A program made the position numbers and the translations under genes. Under the pieces are notes generated by a model. That model worked only from the letters and a program-made list of their open reading frames with translations, was not told the origin of the DNA and did no database searches. A stretch of DNA of 64,000 nucleotides from a bacterium (GTDB lineage: Bacteria; Cyanobacteriota; Sericytochromatia; S15B-MN24; UBA4093). Below are positions 1 to 9,622 of this stretch, piece by piece (the first letter of the stretch is position 1; every line of letters begins with the position of its first letter). The DNA lies in the NCBI GenBank assembly GCA_035285805.1, contig JAYKJE010000037.1, positions 9,945-73,944 on the forward strand, read 5' to 3'.

Positions 1-25
1 ACTCGCCTCCTACCCGCACTGTCAC

Positions 26-892
26 GTGAATGGTCAGGTCCTCCCCGCTTTCTATGCGTGCGACCTGAGAGTCGCTCCCGATCAGCGCCGCAAAGGGTAC
101 GTCAGACGCCTCCATGACTTTCTGACGGAATGGGGGGTCTCACAGGGCGGGGCCCTGGGTTTCATGGCCGTGCTGGCCCAGAACAGGGCGATGGACAGCA
201 TCCTCGGCGGCCAGCAGGGTCGTCACATCTACAGACCCGTCGGGACGATGGCCAATTTCACGGTCCAGTTTCTCCTGGCACGGAGAGCCATACCGGGGAT
301 CACCATCCGGCGAGCCACCGAACGCGATGTGCCGGAGATGGTGGAACTCTGGAACCGCGTGAACGGGGCGAAGCAGTTTGCCCCTCGATGGTCCGAAAAG
401 CACGTCACGGCTGCCATCGAGCAGGCTCCCGGACTGGCCCTGGACCAGTACTGGCTGGCATACCGGCAATCCAGGCTGGTCGGCCTCTGCGCCACCTGGG
501 ACCAGTCTTCGTTCAAGAGGATGACCGTGCTGGGGTATGGCCCCACCATCCGGCGGATCCGCCCCTGGTACAACCTGGTGTCTTCTGGCCTTGGCCTTGC
601 CCCCATCCCGCAACCGGGGGCGCTCCTGAACTATTTTTACGTCACCCAGATCTGTGCCGAAACACCGCGCGACCTTCGGGCCCTGTACACGGCCATCTAC
701 AATGAAAATCGAAAAAAGGGGTACCACTTCTTCGACACGATGCTGGACCGCCAGGACCCCTTGATCTCGGCACTGAATGGCTTCATGGCACCGTCGGTTG
801 ACATCCGACTGTTCGCGATGGACCCCCTGGAGAGGTTCGGTGACCAGCCCCTGGATACCCGACCTGCCTATTTCGACCCTTCCACCGTCTGA
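26..892 (+). CDS. GNAT-family N-acetyltransferase-like protein (two GNAT-like halves); may be 5' partial at window edge
   Basis: Motif-A-like RRKGYVRRL in the first half and a second acyl-CoA N-acyltransferase-like half. Stop abuts the ATG of the downstream permease (TGAATG). Confidence 0.45.
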   Translation: MNGQVLPAFYACDLRVAPDQRRKGYVRRLHDFLTEWGVSQGGALGFMAVLAQNRAMDSILGGQQGRHIYRPVGTMANFTVQFLLARRAIPGITIRRATERDVPEMVELWNRVNGAKQFAPRWSEKHVTAAIEQAPGLALDQYWLAYRQSRLVGLCATWDQSSFKRMTVLGYGPTIRRIRPWYNLVSSGLGLAPIPQPGALLNYFYVTQICAETPRDLRALYTAIYNENRKKGYHFFDTMLDRQDPLISALNGFMAPSVDIRLFAMDPLERFGDQPLDTRPAYFDPSTV

Positions 893-1687
893 ATGTCTAC
901 CGGGAACGACCTCTTGTCCACGTCACGACCGAACTGGTCCACCTTCGTCGCACCCGCCAGCGTCGCCCTGGCCATCCTGCTGATGTGGCAGGCGGTATGC
1001 CATGGCCAGGCCATTCCGGAAAGCGTCCTGCCGACTCCGGCGCAGGTCGGGCTGGCGCTCCGGGAAGAATTCGAGTCAGGCCGGCTGGCTCGAGACGTGG
1101 GAGTCTCGATGGGGCGGGTCCTCGTCGGTTACGTGCTGGCCGTCGTTTTCGGCGTCCCTTCAGGCCTGTTGCTGGGCGGCATCCCCGTGCTGAGGGCAGC
1201 CTTTCTACCCGTGCTCAATTTTCTGCGTTGCCTGTCTCCGATCACCTGGATTCCCTTCGCGATTCTCTGGTTCGGAGTCGGGCATGCCCCCGTGATCTTC
1301 CTGATCTTCATGGGAGCATCGTTTCCGATGGTCCTGGCCACCTGCGTCGCCACCACACGCATTCCAACCATCTACGGACGCATCGCCCGGGAGTTTGGCT
1401 TGCGGGGCCTCTCGCGATGGTCCTGGATGGTCCTGCCAGCCGTGCTGCCGGACGTGCTTGCCGCCATGCGTGTCTCCATCGGAGTCGCGTGGCTCGTGCT
1501 GGTGGCTGCCGAGATGGTAGCCGGTCAGGACGGTCTGGGATTCGCGATCTGGGATGCGCGAAACGGCCTGCGCCCGGATCTTCTGATCGCTGAGATGTTC
1601 GTGATCGGCGGAATCGGAATCATCCTGGACCGTTCGCTGGCCACCCTGGCTCGCCACCCGTTCGTGAGGTGGGGACATGAACGCTGA
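893..1687 (+). CDS. ABC transporter permease (NitT/TauT/SsuC-type)
   Basis: Six-TM hydrophobic profile with a binding-protein-dependent permease EAA-like loop. Operon position before the ATPase. Confidence 0.85.
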   Translation: MSTGNDLLSTSRPNWSTFVAPASVALAILLMWQAVCHGQAIPESVLPTPAQVGLALREEFESGRLARDVGVSMGRVLVGYVLAVVFGVPSGLLLGGIPVLRAAFLPVLNFLRCLSPITWIPFAILWFGVGHAPVIFLIFMGASFPMVLATCVATTRIPTIYGRIAREFGLRGLSRWSWMVLPAVLPDVLAAMRVSIGVAWLVLVAAEMVAGQDGLGFAIWDARNGLRPDLLIAEMFVIGGIGIILDRSLATLARHPFVRWGHER

Positions 1688-2420
1688 CCATCTGCGCGTG
1701 AACGACCTGACCTTTGCCCACGGCAAAGCGGCTCCCATCTTCGAGAACCTCAACCTGGCAGTCGCACCCGGGGAAACGATCGGAGTCATCGGGCCATCGG
1801 GCTGTGGAAAGTCGACCCTGCTCGCCTTGCTGGGGGGACACTTGTCGCCCACGGCGGGCAGCATCTCGGGACCTGAACGGCGCCTGACGGTCCACCAGAA
1901 GGACGGCCTGTTCCCCTGGCTCACGGCTGCGGGCAACGTGGGTCTCGGGATTCGTGACCGGACGGATCGAGATGAGGTGGTGCGCCGCTGGATCAAGGCG
2001 GTCCATCTGGACGGTTCCGAACATCTCTACCCCCACCAGCTTTCAGGAGGGATGCGCCAGCGCGCGGAGATCGCCCGAGCCCTGTGCGCCGGGGCCGACG
2101 TGTTGCTGATGGACGAGCCCTTCTCCGCGCTCGATTACCAGACCCGGATCGTCATCCGTGGCGAGATCCTGGCCCTGCTGGCCGAGCATCCGATCACGAT
2201 GATATACGTGACTCATGACATCGAGGATGCGCTACAGCTCGCCGATCGCATCATCGTGCTGGCAGGCCGCCCCGCTCGCATCACCTGCGAACTGAACATC
2301 TCGGCCCCGCACCCGCGCGATCCGATGGATCCCGCTCTGGCCCGTGCGAGCCGGGAGATCCTCGCGGCGCTCTTGCCATCGTCCCTGGATCGATCCAGCC
2401 AGCCCGGGAGGACACCGTGA
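1677..2420 (+). CDS. ABC transporter ATP-binding protein (NitT/TauT family)
   Basis: Walker A GPSGCGKST, ABC signature LSGGMRQR, Walker B LLMDEPFSALD. Overlaps the permease by 11 nt. Confidence 0.9.
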   Translation: MNADHLRVNDLTFAHGKAAPIFENLNLAVAPGETIGVIGPSGCGKSTLLALLGGHLSPTAGSISGPERRLTVHQKDGLFPWLTAAGNVGLGIRDRTDRDEVVRRWIKAVHLDGSEHLYPHQLSGGMRQRAEIARALCAGADVLLMDEPFSALDYQTRIVIRGEILALLAEHPITMIYVTHDIEDALQLADRIIVLAGRPARITCELNISAPHPRDPMDPALARASREILAALLPSSLDRSSQPGRTP

Positions 2421-3403
2421 TTCGATTTGCCCTGCTCGCCATGCTCATCGCCTCTGGATGGCGGCCCCAGCCGGCTCTGGCGGCGAGGGACAATCTGACC
2501 GTCGGATTCTTGCCCGTGACCTGTCACCTGACATGCCCGGTGACTGATTTCGCGACTCGCACCAGTCAGACGACACGCTTCGAGTCCAGGCGATACACCG
2601 ATTTTCCGACGATGGCTGAAGCCATCAAGACGGGACGTCTGCAGGCGACGTTCATGATCGTGCCGCTGGCCATGAAACTCCGGGAACAAGGCATCCCCGT
2701 CAAGATCGTCTACCTGGGTCACCGGGATGGTTCGACCGTCATCGTGAGCACGAAGCTGAAGACCGTGCGCGACCTGCGGGATCTCCGGGGCAAGACGATC
2801 GCCATCCCGAGTCGCTTCAGCAATCAAAACCTCGTGCTTCATGCGCTGATGGAAAAACAGAAGATGGCGCCGGACGATCTGCATTTCGTCGAATTGCCAC
2901 CGCCGGACATGCCTCTGGCCTTGCGAACCGGGGCAATCGACGCGTATTTCGTCGGCGAACCGCACGCGGCACGCGCTGAACTCGAGGGTTCGGGGAGAGT
3001 GCTGCACCATGCCAAGGACATCTGGCCTGGATTCGTCTCGTGCGCGCTCGTCGTCCACGAGCACCTGATGCAGGATCATCCCGCGGTCGTCCGTGATCTG
3101 GTGCGCGGGGTCTCCAGTTCGGGAGAGTGGGCGGAAACGCACCGGACCGGCGCAGCCCGGATCGCGGCACCCTACTACAGGCAGGACGAGAAGTTGCTCC
3201 GGTACGTGCTCACGCAGCCACCCGATCGGGTCAGCTTCCGCAAGCTGACCCCGACGGACCAGGACCTGAGCCTCATCCAGACCACGGCGCTCAAGATGGG
3301 CATCCTCAGGCACGCCGTTCCCCTGTCGGACCTCCTGGACCGGAGTTTCATCCCCGCCAGGATTTCCCCCGCATCCATCGCGGATGGGGTGTCAGATCCC
3401 TAG
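2417..3403 (+). CDS. ABC transporter substrate-binding protein (NMT1/SsuA/TauA-like), signal peptide
   Basis: N-terminal signal MIRFALLAMLIASGW..ALAA and an SsuA/THI5-like periplasmic binding fold. Four-nt overlap with the ATPase. Confidence 0.8.
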   Translation: MIRFALLAMLIASGWRPQPALAARDNLTVGFLPVTCHLTCPVTDFATRTSQTTRFESRRYTDFPTMAEAIKTGRLQATFMIVPLAMKLREQGIPVKIVYLGHRDGSTVIVSTKLKTVRDLRDLRGKTIAIPSRFSNQNLVLHALMEKQKMAPDDLHFVELPPPDMPLALRTGAIDAYFVGEPHAARAELEGSGRVLHHAKDIWPGFVSCALVVHEHLMQDHPAVVRDLVRGVSSSGEWAETHRTGAARIAAPYYRQDEKLLRYVLTQPPDRVSFRKLTPTDQDLSLIQTTALKMGILRHAVPLSDLLDRSFIPARISPASIADGVSDP

Positions 3404-4431
3404 ATCCAGAAGGCGATCTTCTTTTCCAGGGGGGGGAGGGGCGTGTCCTCCCCTCGTTCTGCCTGATGCCGCAAGGATTCGATACACGCGTGGATGACGT
3501 CGGCTTCGGTGGAAGAGAACCTCGGTCCATCCTTCTCGATGTTGTGGGTCTGATTCCGCATGATGGCGACATCCTGCTCGATGACACGCCGGGTATACCA
3601 GGCGAGAAACGGGCGGAGCAGTTTCGTGAACCAGCCGAACCGGTAGGCGATCGCCGTGTACACCAGGGACTCGTGTTCCGAGATCGGGGTGATCTGGGAT
3701 GCGATGACGAAATGACGATCCGTTCCGTACCGGTAATCGACCCGTGTCACGTTGGGCATGAAGAACCTGTCGGTATGCGTCATGGGCAGACCATCCGGAT
3801 TCAGGGCCCAGTCGGCGAAACCGATACCGTCTCGGTGCAGATACTCGACTTCCACGGAGTTCACCGTGCGCCGCACGATCGCCTCGCCGTGGACACGCTT
3901 CCGATTCCGGAACCACCGGGAATGGACGAAGACCGTGTGAGGGACGTCCATGAAGTTCTCGACGAGATTCGTCACGTTGCCTCTGAAGGGCGTGATCATG
4001 TAGTAGGCATCCCAGCCATCGGTCCGGTAGTAGGGCATCGGGAACGGTTCCTCGACGACCCTGGCGGGATTTCCCATCCAGACCCACACCAGGCCGTGAG
4101 CCTCCCGGGTCGGAAACGACTCGACCCGCTTTCCCTCACGCAAACGCCGCTCGCCCCCCTCGCTGGGGATCTCGACACATCGACCCTCGCGGTCGTAGGT
4201 CCACCCGTGGTAAGGACAGGCCAGACATCCGTCCCGGACCTCCCCCTCACCCAGACGTGCGTTACGATGGGCGCAGCGATCGATCACGGCAGCCGGGTGC
4301 CCTTCCGCATCGCGAAAGAGGGCCAACCCCACCTCCATGATGGTTCGCTGGAGGGGAACCCCGACGGTCAATTCGCGAGCGGTACAGGCCACGTACCAGT
4401 GCTCACGCAGGCTGCCACAGACATCTCTCAT
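3400..4431 (-). CDS. Rieske [2Fe-2S] non-heme iron oxygenase alpha subunit-like (PaO/CMO/KshA-like)
   Basis: Rieske motif CAHRNARLGEG...CPYHGW plus a downstream mononuclear-iron region. The ORF extends to 4548; start placed at the MRDVCGSLREHWYVAC motif typical of this family. Confidence 0.8.
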   Translation of the reverse strand: MRDVCGSLREHWYVACTARELTVGVPLQRTIMEVGLALFRDAEGHPAAVIDRCAHRNARLGEGEVRDGCLACPYHGWTYDREGRCVEIPSEGGERRLREGKRVESFPTREAHGLVWVWMGNPARVVEEPFPMPYYRTDGWDAYYMITPFRGNVTNLVENFMDVPHTVFVHSRWFRNRKRVHGEAIVRRTVNSVEVEYLHRDGIGFADWALNPDGLPMTHTDRFFMPNVTRVDYRYGTDRHFVIASQITPISEHESLVYTAIAYRFGWFTKLLRPFLAWYTRRVIEQDVAIMRNQTHNIEKDGPRFSSTEADVIHACIESLRHQAERGEDTPLPPLEKKIAFWI

Positions 4432-4448
4432 CGGAGGCGTTCTCCCGG

Positions 4449-5837
4449 ATGGACGGACACCCGAATAGCATACCGGAGAATCCGAACGTGACCGTGAAGC
4501 GTCACCCACTTCCTGGACCCGGAACCCGGCCGCTGATCGGCCATGCACCGGAAAGCCTGGCTGACCCTCTCGGCAGCCTGGACCGGTGGGTGGAACGGTA
4601 CGGCCCTCTGGTGGGTGTGCGTATCCTGGGACAGCCGACGATCATCGCGGCGGCTCCAGCGATGGTCGAACATGTGTTGCTCGATGCCGCCTCACGCTAT
4701 ACCAAGGGCTTCCAGACTCAACGCCTGGCAAGTCCGTTCGGTCAGGGTTTGCTCGTCAGCGACGGGGATCTGTGGCTTCGCCAGAGAAGACAGATGCAAC
4801 CGGCATTTGCGCGGGAACACACCGCGACATACGTGGCACGGATTCCTCGCGTGGCCGCGAGCGAGATCGCGAACTGGAGTTCACGGGGCGACGAGATCGA
4901 GTTGACGGAAGCCATGATGGACCTCTCCCGGAAACTGTTCGTCAAGCTACTGGTAGGAAACGACGTGGCGGGTGCAAACCTGCACGCCGATCTGGCAGAA
5001 ATCCAGTACCACTTCGCTCACCTGCTGAACTGGCCCTCGTGGGTACCGACGCCCCGCAATCTCCGCTTCAAGCGGGCCCTGGACAATCTCAAGGCGTTCA
5101 TCGCCACGACCCTGACGCGAAGACTGACCGAGGACACGCCACGAGACGACATGCTCGGGATCTTGATGAGTCCCCGGAACGGGACGACCGCGATGCCTCT
5201 CGATCGGCTGCAAGACGAGGTCCTTTCGCTTTTCCTGGCCGGACATGAAACCACGGCACTCACGCTGACCTACGCGGTGGACGCGCTCGGGCGTCATCCG
5301 GATGCCGCGGCGCGGCTGCAGGCGGAGATCGATTCGGTCATCGGAGATCGGCTCCCGATCCCGGAAGACCTGCCGAACCTGCAGGTCACGAGATGGACGA
5401 TCCAGGAAACGCTGCGCCTTTTCCCTCCGGTCTGGGCCATGTTCCGGGACGCTCTGGAGGACGACTCGATCGAGGGGCACCGGATCCCGCGGGGAAGCCT
5501 CGTCGTGCTGCCGCAGTGGACGATCCAGCGCGATCCCGGACTGTTCGAAAGGCCTCTGTCGTTCGAACCGGAACGATGGCAGGACGGACTGGAAAGACGA
5601 CTCCCCCGGTTCGCGTACTTTCCTTTCGGCGGTGGCTCCAGACTGTGCATCGGAAATCATCTGTCGATGATGGAGGCGACCTTGCTCCTGGCCTTGCTGG
5701 TGCAAATGTACCGGTTTCAGCCCCTGAGCCCTGCTCCTCGCCTCCGGGCGGCCGTGACGCTGGTCCCGGCAAGCAAACTCAGAGTCCGTCTCGAACGGCG
5801 CGGATCTTTCCTGGCCACCAGTTCCAGCGCCCGATGA
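4449..5837 (+). CDS. cytochrome P450
   Basis: Heme-binding loop FPFGGGSRLCIGNHLS, EXXR motif ETLRLFPP, AGHETT oxygen-binding helix, N-terminal PGP..PLIGH. Alternative GTG start near 4491. Confidence 0.9.
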   Translation: MDGHPNSIPENPNVTVKRHPLPGPGTRPLIGHAPESLADPLGSLDRWVERYGPLVGVRILGQPTIIAAAPAMVEHVLLDAASRYTKGFQTQRLASPFGQGLLVSDGDLWLRQRRQMQPAFAREHTATYVARIPRVAASEIANWSSRGDEIELTEAMMDLSRKLFVKLLVGNDVAGANLHADLAEIQYHFAHLLNWPSWVPTPRNLRFKRALDNLKAFIATTLTRRLTEDTPRDDMLGILMSPRNGTTAMPLDRLQDEVLSLFLAGHETTALTLTYAVDALGRHPDAAARLQAEIDSVIGDRLPIPEDLPNLQVTRWTIQETLRLFPPVWAMFRDALEDDSIEGHRIPRGSLVVLPQWTIQRDPGLFERPLSFEPERWQDGLERRLPRFAYFPFGGGSRLCIGNHLSMMEATLLLALLVQMYRFQPLSPAPRLRAAVTLVPASKLRVRLERRGSFLATSSSAR

Positions 5838-7995
5838 GCACCATGAGGCTCGGAACCAGGAACAGTCGGGTCACGGTGGCATCGAGGATGACCCCGGCGG
5901 TGAGGCCGAAGCCGAGCAACTTGACGGGTACGAGATCGGTCGCGGCAAAACCGGCGAAAACGATGGCCATCAGGATCGCCGCACTCGTGATGATGCCCCC
6001 GCTGCCACCGAGTCCGGTGATCACGGCCGCCCGATCATCCAGACCCGCCTCGTGAGCCTCCGCGATCCGCCCGATCAGCATGACCTCGTAATCCATCGAC
6101 AAACCGAACAGCAAACAGAAAAGCATGATCGGATACACCGCAGGAACCGAAGGGATGGATGCCGGGAGGCCCAGCCAGGCCGCCGTCACGGGATGTCCGA
6201 AAACGGCCAGCGTGAGTCCCATGGCAGCCAGAACGGTCAGGGCATTACTCAGGATGGCCTTCACCGGGATGAGGATGGAACGGGTCTGGGCGACCAGCAA
6301 CAGGGCCGTGAGGACCGTGATCGCGAGGGCCATGGGAGGCATGGCGGACCGGGCAGCCGAGATGAAATCGAGTTCGATTGCCGCGGGTCCACCCACGTCG
6401 ATCCGAGCATCCCCGAGGGCACCCGGGTCGCCCCAGGGCCGGGAACGAAGCTTGCCTGCGAAGGCCCGGACCTCCCCGTAGGTGAGGTCGTGGCGCGGGA
6501 TCACCTGAATCAGCGTGGAATCCCCGTCCCGGCTGACGAACCATCGAGCCTCTTGCGGAAGACGTTCCTGGAGTCCACGAGCACCGAGCATCCGGGCAGC
6601 GAGGGCGATTCGAGCCAGATAGCGGGGCGTCACGACTGCCTGCACCTCGGCGACCTCGGCCTGTCGCTGGAGCCAGCCGGATATCGAAGACAGACCATCG
6701 AGGCGTCGTGGCGCGAGTATGCCGCCCGTACGCGGAGGCACTTCCACCATGAGATGGATCGGGAGCATGGCGCCGGAATGGCCCATCAGCCTGGCCGCAT
6801 CCATGCCCCGCACGGATTCGAGGGAGCGGGGAGCCAGGTTGAACTCGGGCATTCCCAGACGAAGGCCGAGAGCAGGGAAACCGAGCACCAGCAAGCACCC
6901 GATCGACACCAGCAGGGCCGTCACGGGTCGCGAGACGATCCAGCGAGCGCGTCTTTCCCACCGTGCGGTGGCTCCTTGCACGCGGCCAGCAAGCCATCTC
7001 GGTCGATCCAGAAAAGAGCCCGACACGGCCACGAGTGCGGGGAGCAGCGTGAGACTGGTCATCCAGGAGGTGAGCGCGACGACGGCACCGCCGATGCCCA
7101 TCCCACGGCATTCGTCGATGGGGAGCAGAGCAAGGACCACGAGGCCGGCCAGAACGGTGCCAGCCGCCGTCGTGACGATCGGTGCGCAGGCTGCGGTCGC
7201 CCGCAGGAGCGGATCGGGCAGCCCGCCGGCCAACTCATCCCGCCGGCGCGAAATCAGGAACAGCGAGTAATCGATGCCGAGCCCCAGACCGAGCATCGTC
7301 GCGACGTTCGAGGCATAGACCGACAGGGGCATCACGCGTGCCAGGAGATCGAGCATGCCCATCGCGAGGACGACGGCTCCTGCTCCGGACAGGAGTGGCA
7401 TCAGGGCGGCACCGGGTGTCCCGAAGGCAAGCATCAACGTCAGCAGGAGGAACGGCAAGATCTGGGTCTCGCAGTCCCGCGTCACGCTGGAACCGTGCTG
7501 GACCAGATCATGGCTCAAGGCAGACGTCCCGGTGGTCAGGGCCTCGACGCCAGGTGGTGTCTCGCGCGCGAGGAGGGCTCTCAGTGGCTGGACGAGTGCC
7601 TCTTCCTCTTCAACCGTGCGAGCCTTCAGCCCGACGGCGATCGCACGCCAGCCAGGCGCCCCCGAAGGCAGTTCCCGGACACCGGCGGCACCGGGAAAGG
7701 CGGACAGAACCTCCGACAGGTGGGCACTGGTTCGAGTCAACTGATCGGGAACCGTCCCGTGAACACAGACGACGAGATGATGGGCAAAAGGGAAGTCGAA
7801 ATCGCGGCTCAGGCGTTGCATGACCCGGTCGGACACGGAACCGGAAATCCCGCCAATCTCGCCGCGCAGATGGCTTGCGAGACCTCCAGCAGCCCACGCC
7901 CCCCACAGGATCAGCAGAAACCAGCCCAACAGGACCCGTTTCGGATGTTCGAGAGACCAGAGAGCCAGGCGAGTCGGGGGAGATCCGGTCATCAC
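5779..7995 (-). CDS. MMPL/RND superfamily membrane transporter
   Basis: 738 aa with two blocks of ~6 TM helices separated by periplasmic loops. MMPL-type motifs around GxSxDYxxF-like (GLSMDYEVML, GLGIDYSLFL). Confidence 0.85.
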   Translation of the reverse strand: MMTGSPPTRLALWSLEHPKRVLLGWFLLILWGAWAAGGLASHLRGEIGGISGSVSDRVMQRLSRDFDFPFAHHLVVCVHGTVPDQLTRTSAHLSEVLSAFPGAAGVRELPSGAPGWRAIAVGLKARTVEEEEALVQPLRALLARETPPGVEALTTGTSALSHDLVQHGSSVTRDCETQILPFLLLTLMLAFGTPGAALMPLLSGAGAVVLAMGMLDLLARVMPLSVYASNVATMLGLGLGIDYSLFLISRRRDELAGGLPDPLLRATAACAPIVTTAAGTVLAGLVVLALLPIDECRGMGIGGAVVALTSWMTSLTLLPALVAVSGSFLDRPRWLAGRVQGATARWERRARWIVSRPVTALLVSIGCLLVLGFPALGLRLGMPEFNLAPRSLESVRGMDAARLMGHSGAMLPIHLMVEVPPRTGGILAPRRLDGLSSISGWLQRQAEVAEVQAVVTPRYLARIALAARMLGARGLQERLPQEARWFVSRDGDSTLIQVIPRHDLTYGEVRAFAGKLRSRPWGDPGALGDARIDVGGPAAIELDFISAARSAMPPMALAITVLTALLLVAQTRSILIPVKAILSNALTVLAAMGLTLAVFGHPVTAAWLGLPASIPSVPAVYPIMLFCLLFGLSMDYEVMLIGRIAEAHEAGLDDRAAVITGLGGSGGIITSAAILMAIVFAGFAATDLVPVKLLGFGLTAGVILDATVTRLFLVPSLMVLIGRWNWWPGKIRAVRDGL

Positions 7996-8453
7996 GCACC
8001 GCCTGCGAGCAGACAGAAGGCCAGCAAGGCCGCTCCCATCAAGATCAGGATGGCGAAGGTGGCGTTTCGAGTCGGAGAGATCTCGAACGCACCCGTGACG
8101 TGCTTCCAGAAGATCAGGCGAAACGCACCCCGCATCATCTGCAGGAAAATGGCCGCCACCACGATCGGCCTGGCTGAAACGAGGTGCGAGGCCGCGTAAG
8201 CATAAAGGCCACCGAGGGTGAGCGCATAGAGCCCCAGCATCTTGATCGCATAACTCAGTTGCGGGCCTTCCTTGACGCGAATCGCATAGAGACGGCCGGT
8301 GACCTTCGCGGTCCAGTGGATGGAGGAGACCGAAACCACCCCGATGCCGAGGTGATACACGGCCAGAAGCCCCATCATGACCTGGATGATCGAACTGAAC
8401 ACTATCGTCCCTCCCCGGCGTGCATCCGCCAGGCTACGTACCCCGGCATGCAT
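7992..8453 (-). CDS. small integral membrane protein (4 TM), co-operonic with the MMPL transporter
   Basis: Hydrophobic 153-aa ORF. Its stop abuts the MMPL start codon. Confidence 0.5.
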   Translation of the reverse strand: MHAGVRSLADARRGGTIVFSSIIQVMMGLLAVYHLGIGVVSVSSIHWTAKVTGRLYAIRVKEGPQLSYAIKMLGLYALTLGGLYAYAASHLVSARPIVVAAIFLQMMRGAFRLIFWKHVTGAFEISPTRNATFAILILMGAALLAFCLLAGGA

Positions 8454-8626
8454 GCATCGTGACAGCCACCCGTTCCCCGGTCATGTGACCGCCTCCGGCG
8501 CGTGCCTGTGGCTGCCAGAGCTGTCGAAAAGCGTATTGTCAGGGCATGAAACGTGTGTTCTCATGACCATTACTTCCACACGCATACCGCAAGGCACGCT
8601 GGCCGCATCCGGATTCCACCCGTTCC

Positions 8627-9613
8627 TTGCCAGGACTGGTACACCCGTTGGACCGCGAGACCTACCTCGACCGAACGAAATCACTGCGTGCGCTTCGCAG
8701 CAGCAATCTCCGCGCGGCATGGGTCGTGGGCCGCGTCACCCTGCTGACCGTGGCCGGAATTGCCCTGTCCATCCAGGATCACCTGTTCACGTGGATCCTG
8801 GGACAGGTCGCGCTGGGCACGGCCATCGTGCAGTGGTTCGTTCTGGTCCACGAATGCGGACATCGCCACTTTTTCGTGACTCCCTGGATGAACGCTGCCG
8901 CCGGTCACCTCGCCAGTGCGTTCTGCCTGATCCCGCTCTGGCCCTGGAGTGACATTCACCGCGAACATCATCGGTGGGTGGGCTGGGGAGATCTGGACCC
9001 CACGCTGCGGACGACCCGACCACGCGTCCTGAAGGCGCATGAATGCAGGGTGGTGGACTTCTGCTGGAAGTGGTGGATCCCCATTTTCACCGTCGCCTTC
9101 GGTCTGCTCAATTTCTGGAACATTCCGCGCCTGTGGCAACGATACCCGTCTGGACGCGATCGAGTACGACACGTGGCAAGCGTGGCTTTCATCTTGATCG
9201 TTCACGGAAGCCTGATGACCTTACTGGGGCCCGCCTGGACACGGATCTTCGGCGGCGGGTTGTGTCTGTTCTTTCTGGTGTCGGATCCCCTGCTGCTTAG
9301 CCAGCACAGCCACATGCCGCAGCACGTGAGCGAGGGGTCCAAGGTTACACCCTTCGAACCTTGGGAGCAGGATCGCTTCACGCGCAGCATCATCTTCCCG
9401 GACTGGATTTCCCGCTGGATCTTGCTGCACTTCGACGCGCACGGGGTCCACCACCTCTTGCCCCATCTGCCCTGTTACCACCTGGGATTGGCCCATGAAC
9501 GCCTGGACGTCCGTAACCGGATCGACTGGTGGGAGTGGCTGGTCGCCGCGAAGCGAACCCCGGCACACCTGCTCCTGTTCCAGGACAGGGAGCAGACGGG
9601 GTATTCGTTCTAG
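8627..9613 (+). CDS. membrane fatty-acid desaturase/hydroxylase superfamily protein (di-iron, three His boxes)
   Basis: His boxes HECGHRHF, HREHHRW and HGVHHLLPHLP with N-terminal TM helices. Confidence 0.85.
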   Translation: MPGLVHPLDRETYLDRTKSLRALRSSNLRAAWVVGRVTLLTVAGIALSIQDHLFTWILGQVALGTAIVQWFVLVHECGHRHFFVTPWMNAAAGHLASAFCLIPLWPWSDIHREHHRWVGWGDLDPTLRTTRPRVLKAHECRVVDFCWKWWIPIFTVAFGLLNFWNIPRLWQRYPSGRDRVRHVASVAFILIVHGSLMTLLGPAWTRIFGGGLCLFFLVSDPLLLSQHSHMPQHVSEGSKVTPFEPWEQDRFTRSIIFPDWISRWILLHFDAHGVHHLLPHLPCYHLGLAHERLDVRNRIDWWEWLVAAKRTPAHLLLFQDREQTGYSF

Positions 9614-9622
9614 CCCAGGAAG

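Noticed and set aside
3127-4491. 454-aa plus-strand ORF antisense to the Rieske oxygenase
   Set aside because: No motifs, Pro/Gly/Arg-rich. The Rieske CxH..CxxH motif is on the minus strand.
6052-8199. 715-aa plus-strand ORF antisense to the MMPL transporter
   Set aside because: Composition R/G/H/D/E-rich with no motifs; the minus strand encodes a coherent 12-TM transporter.
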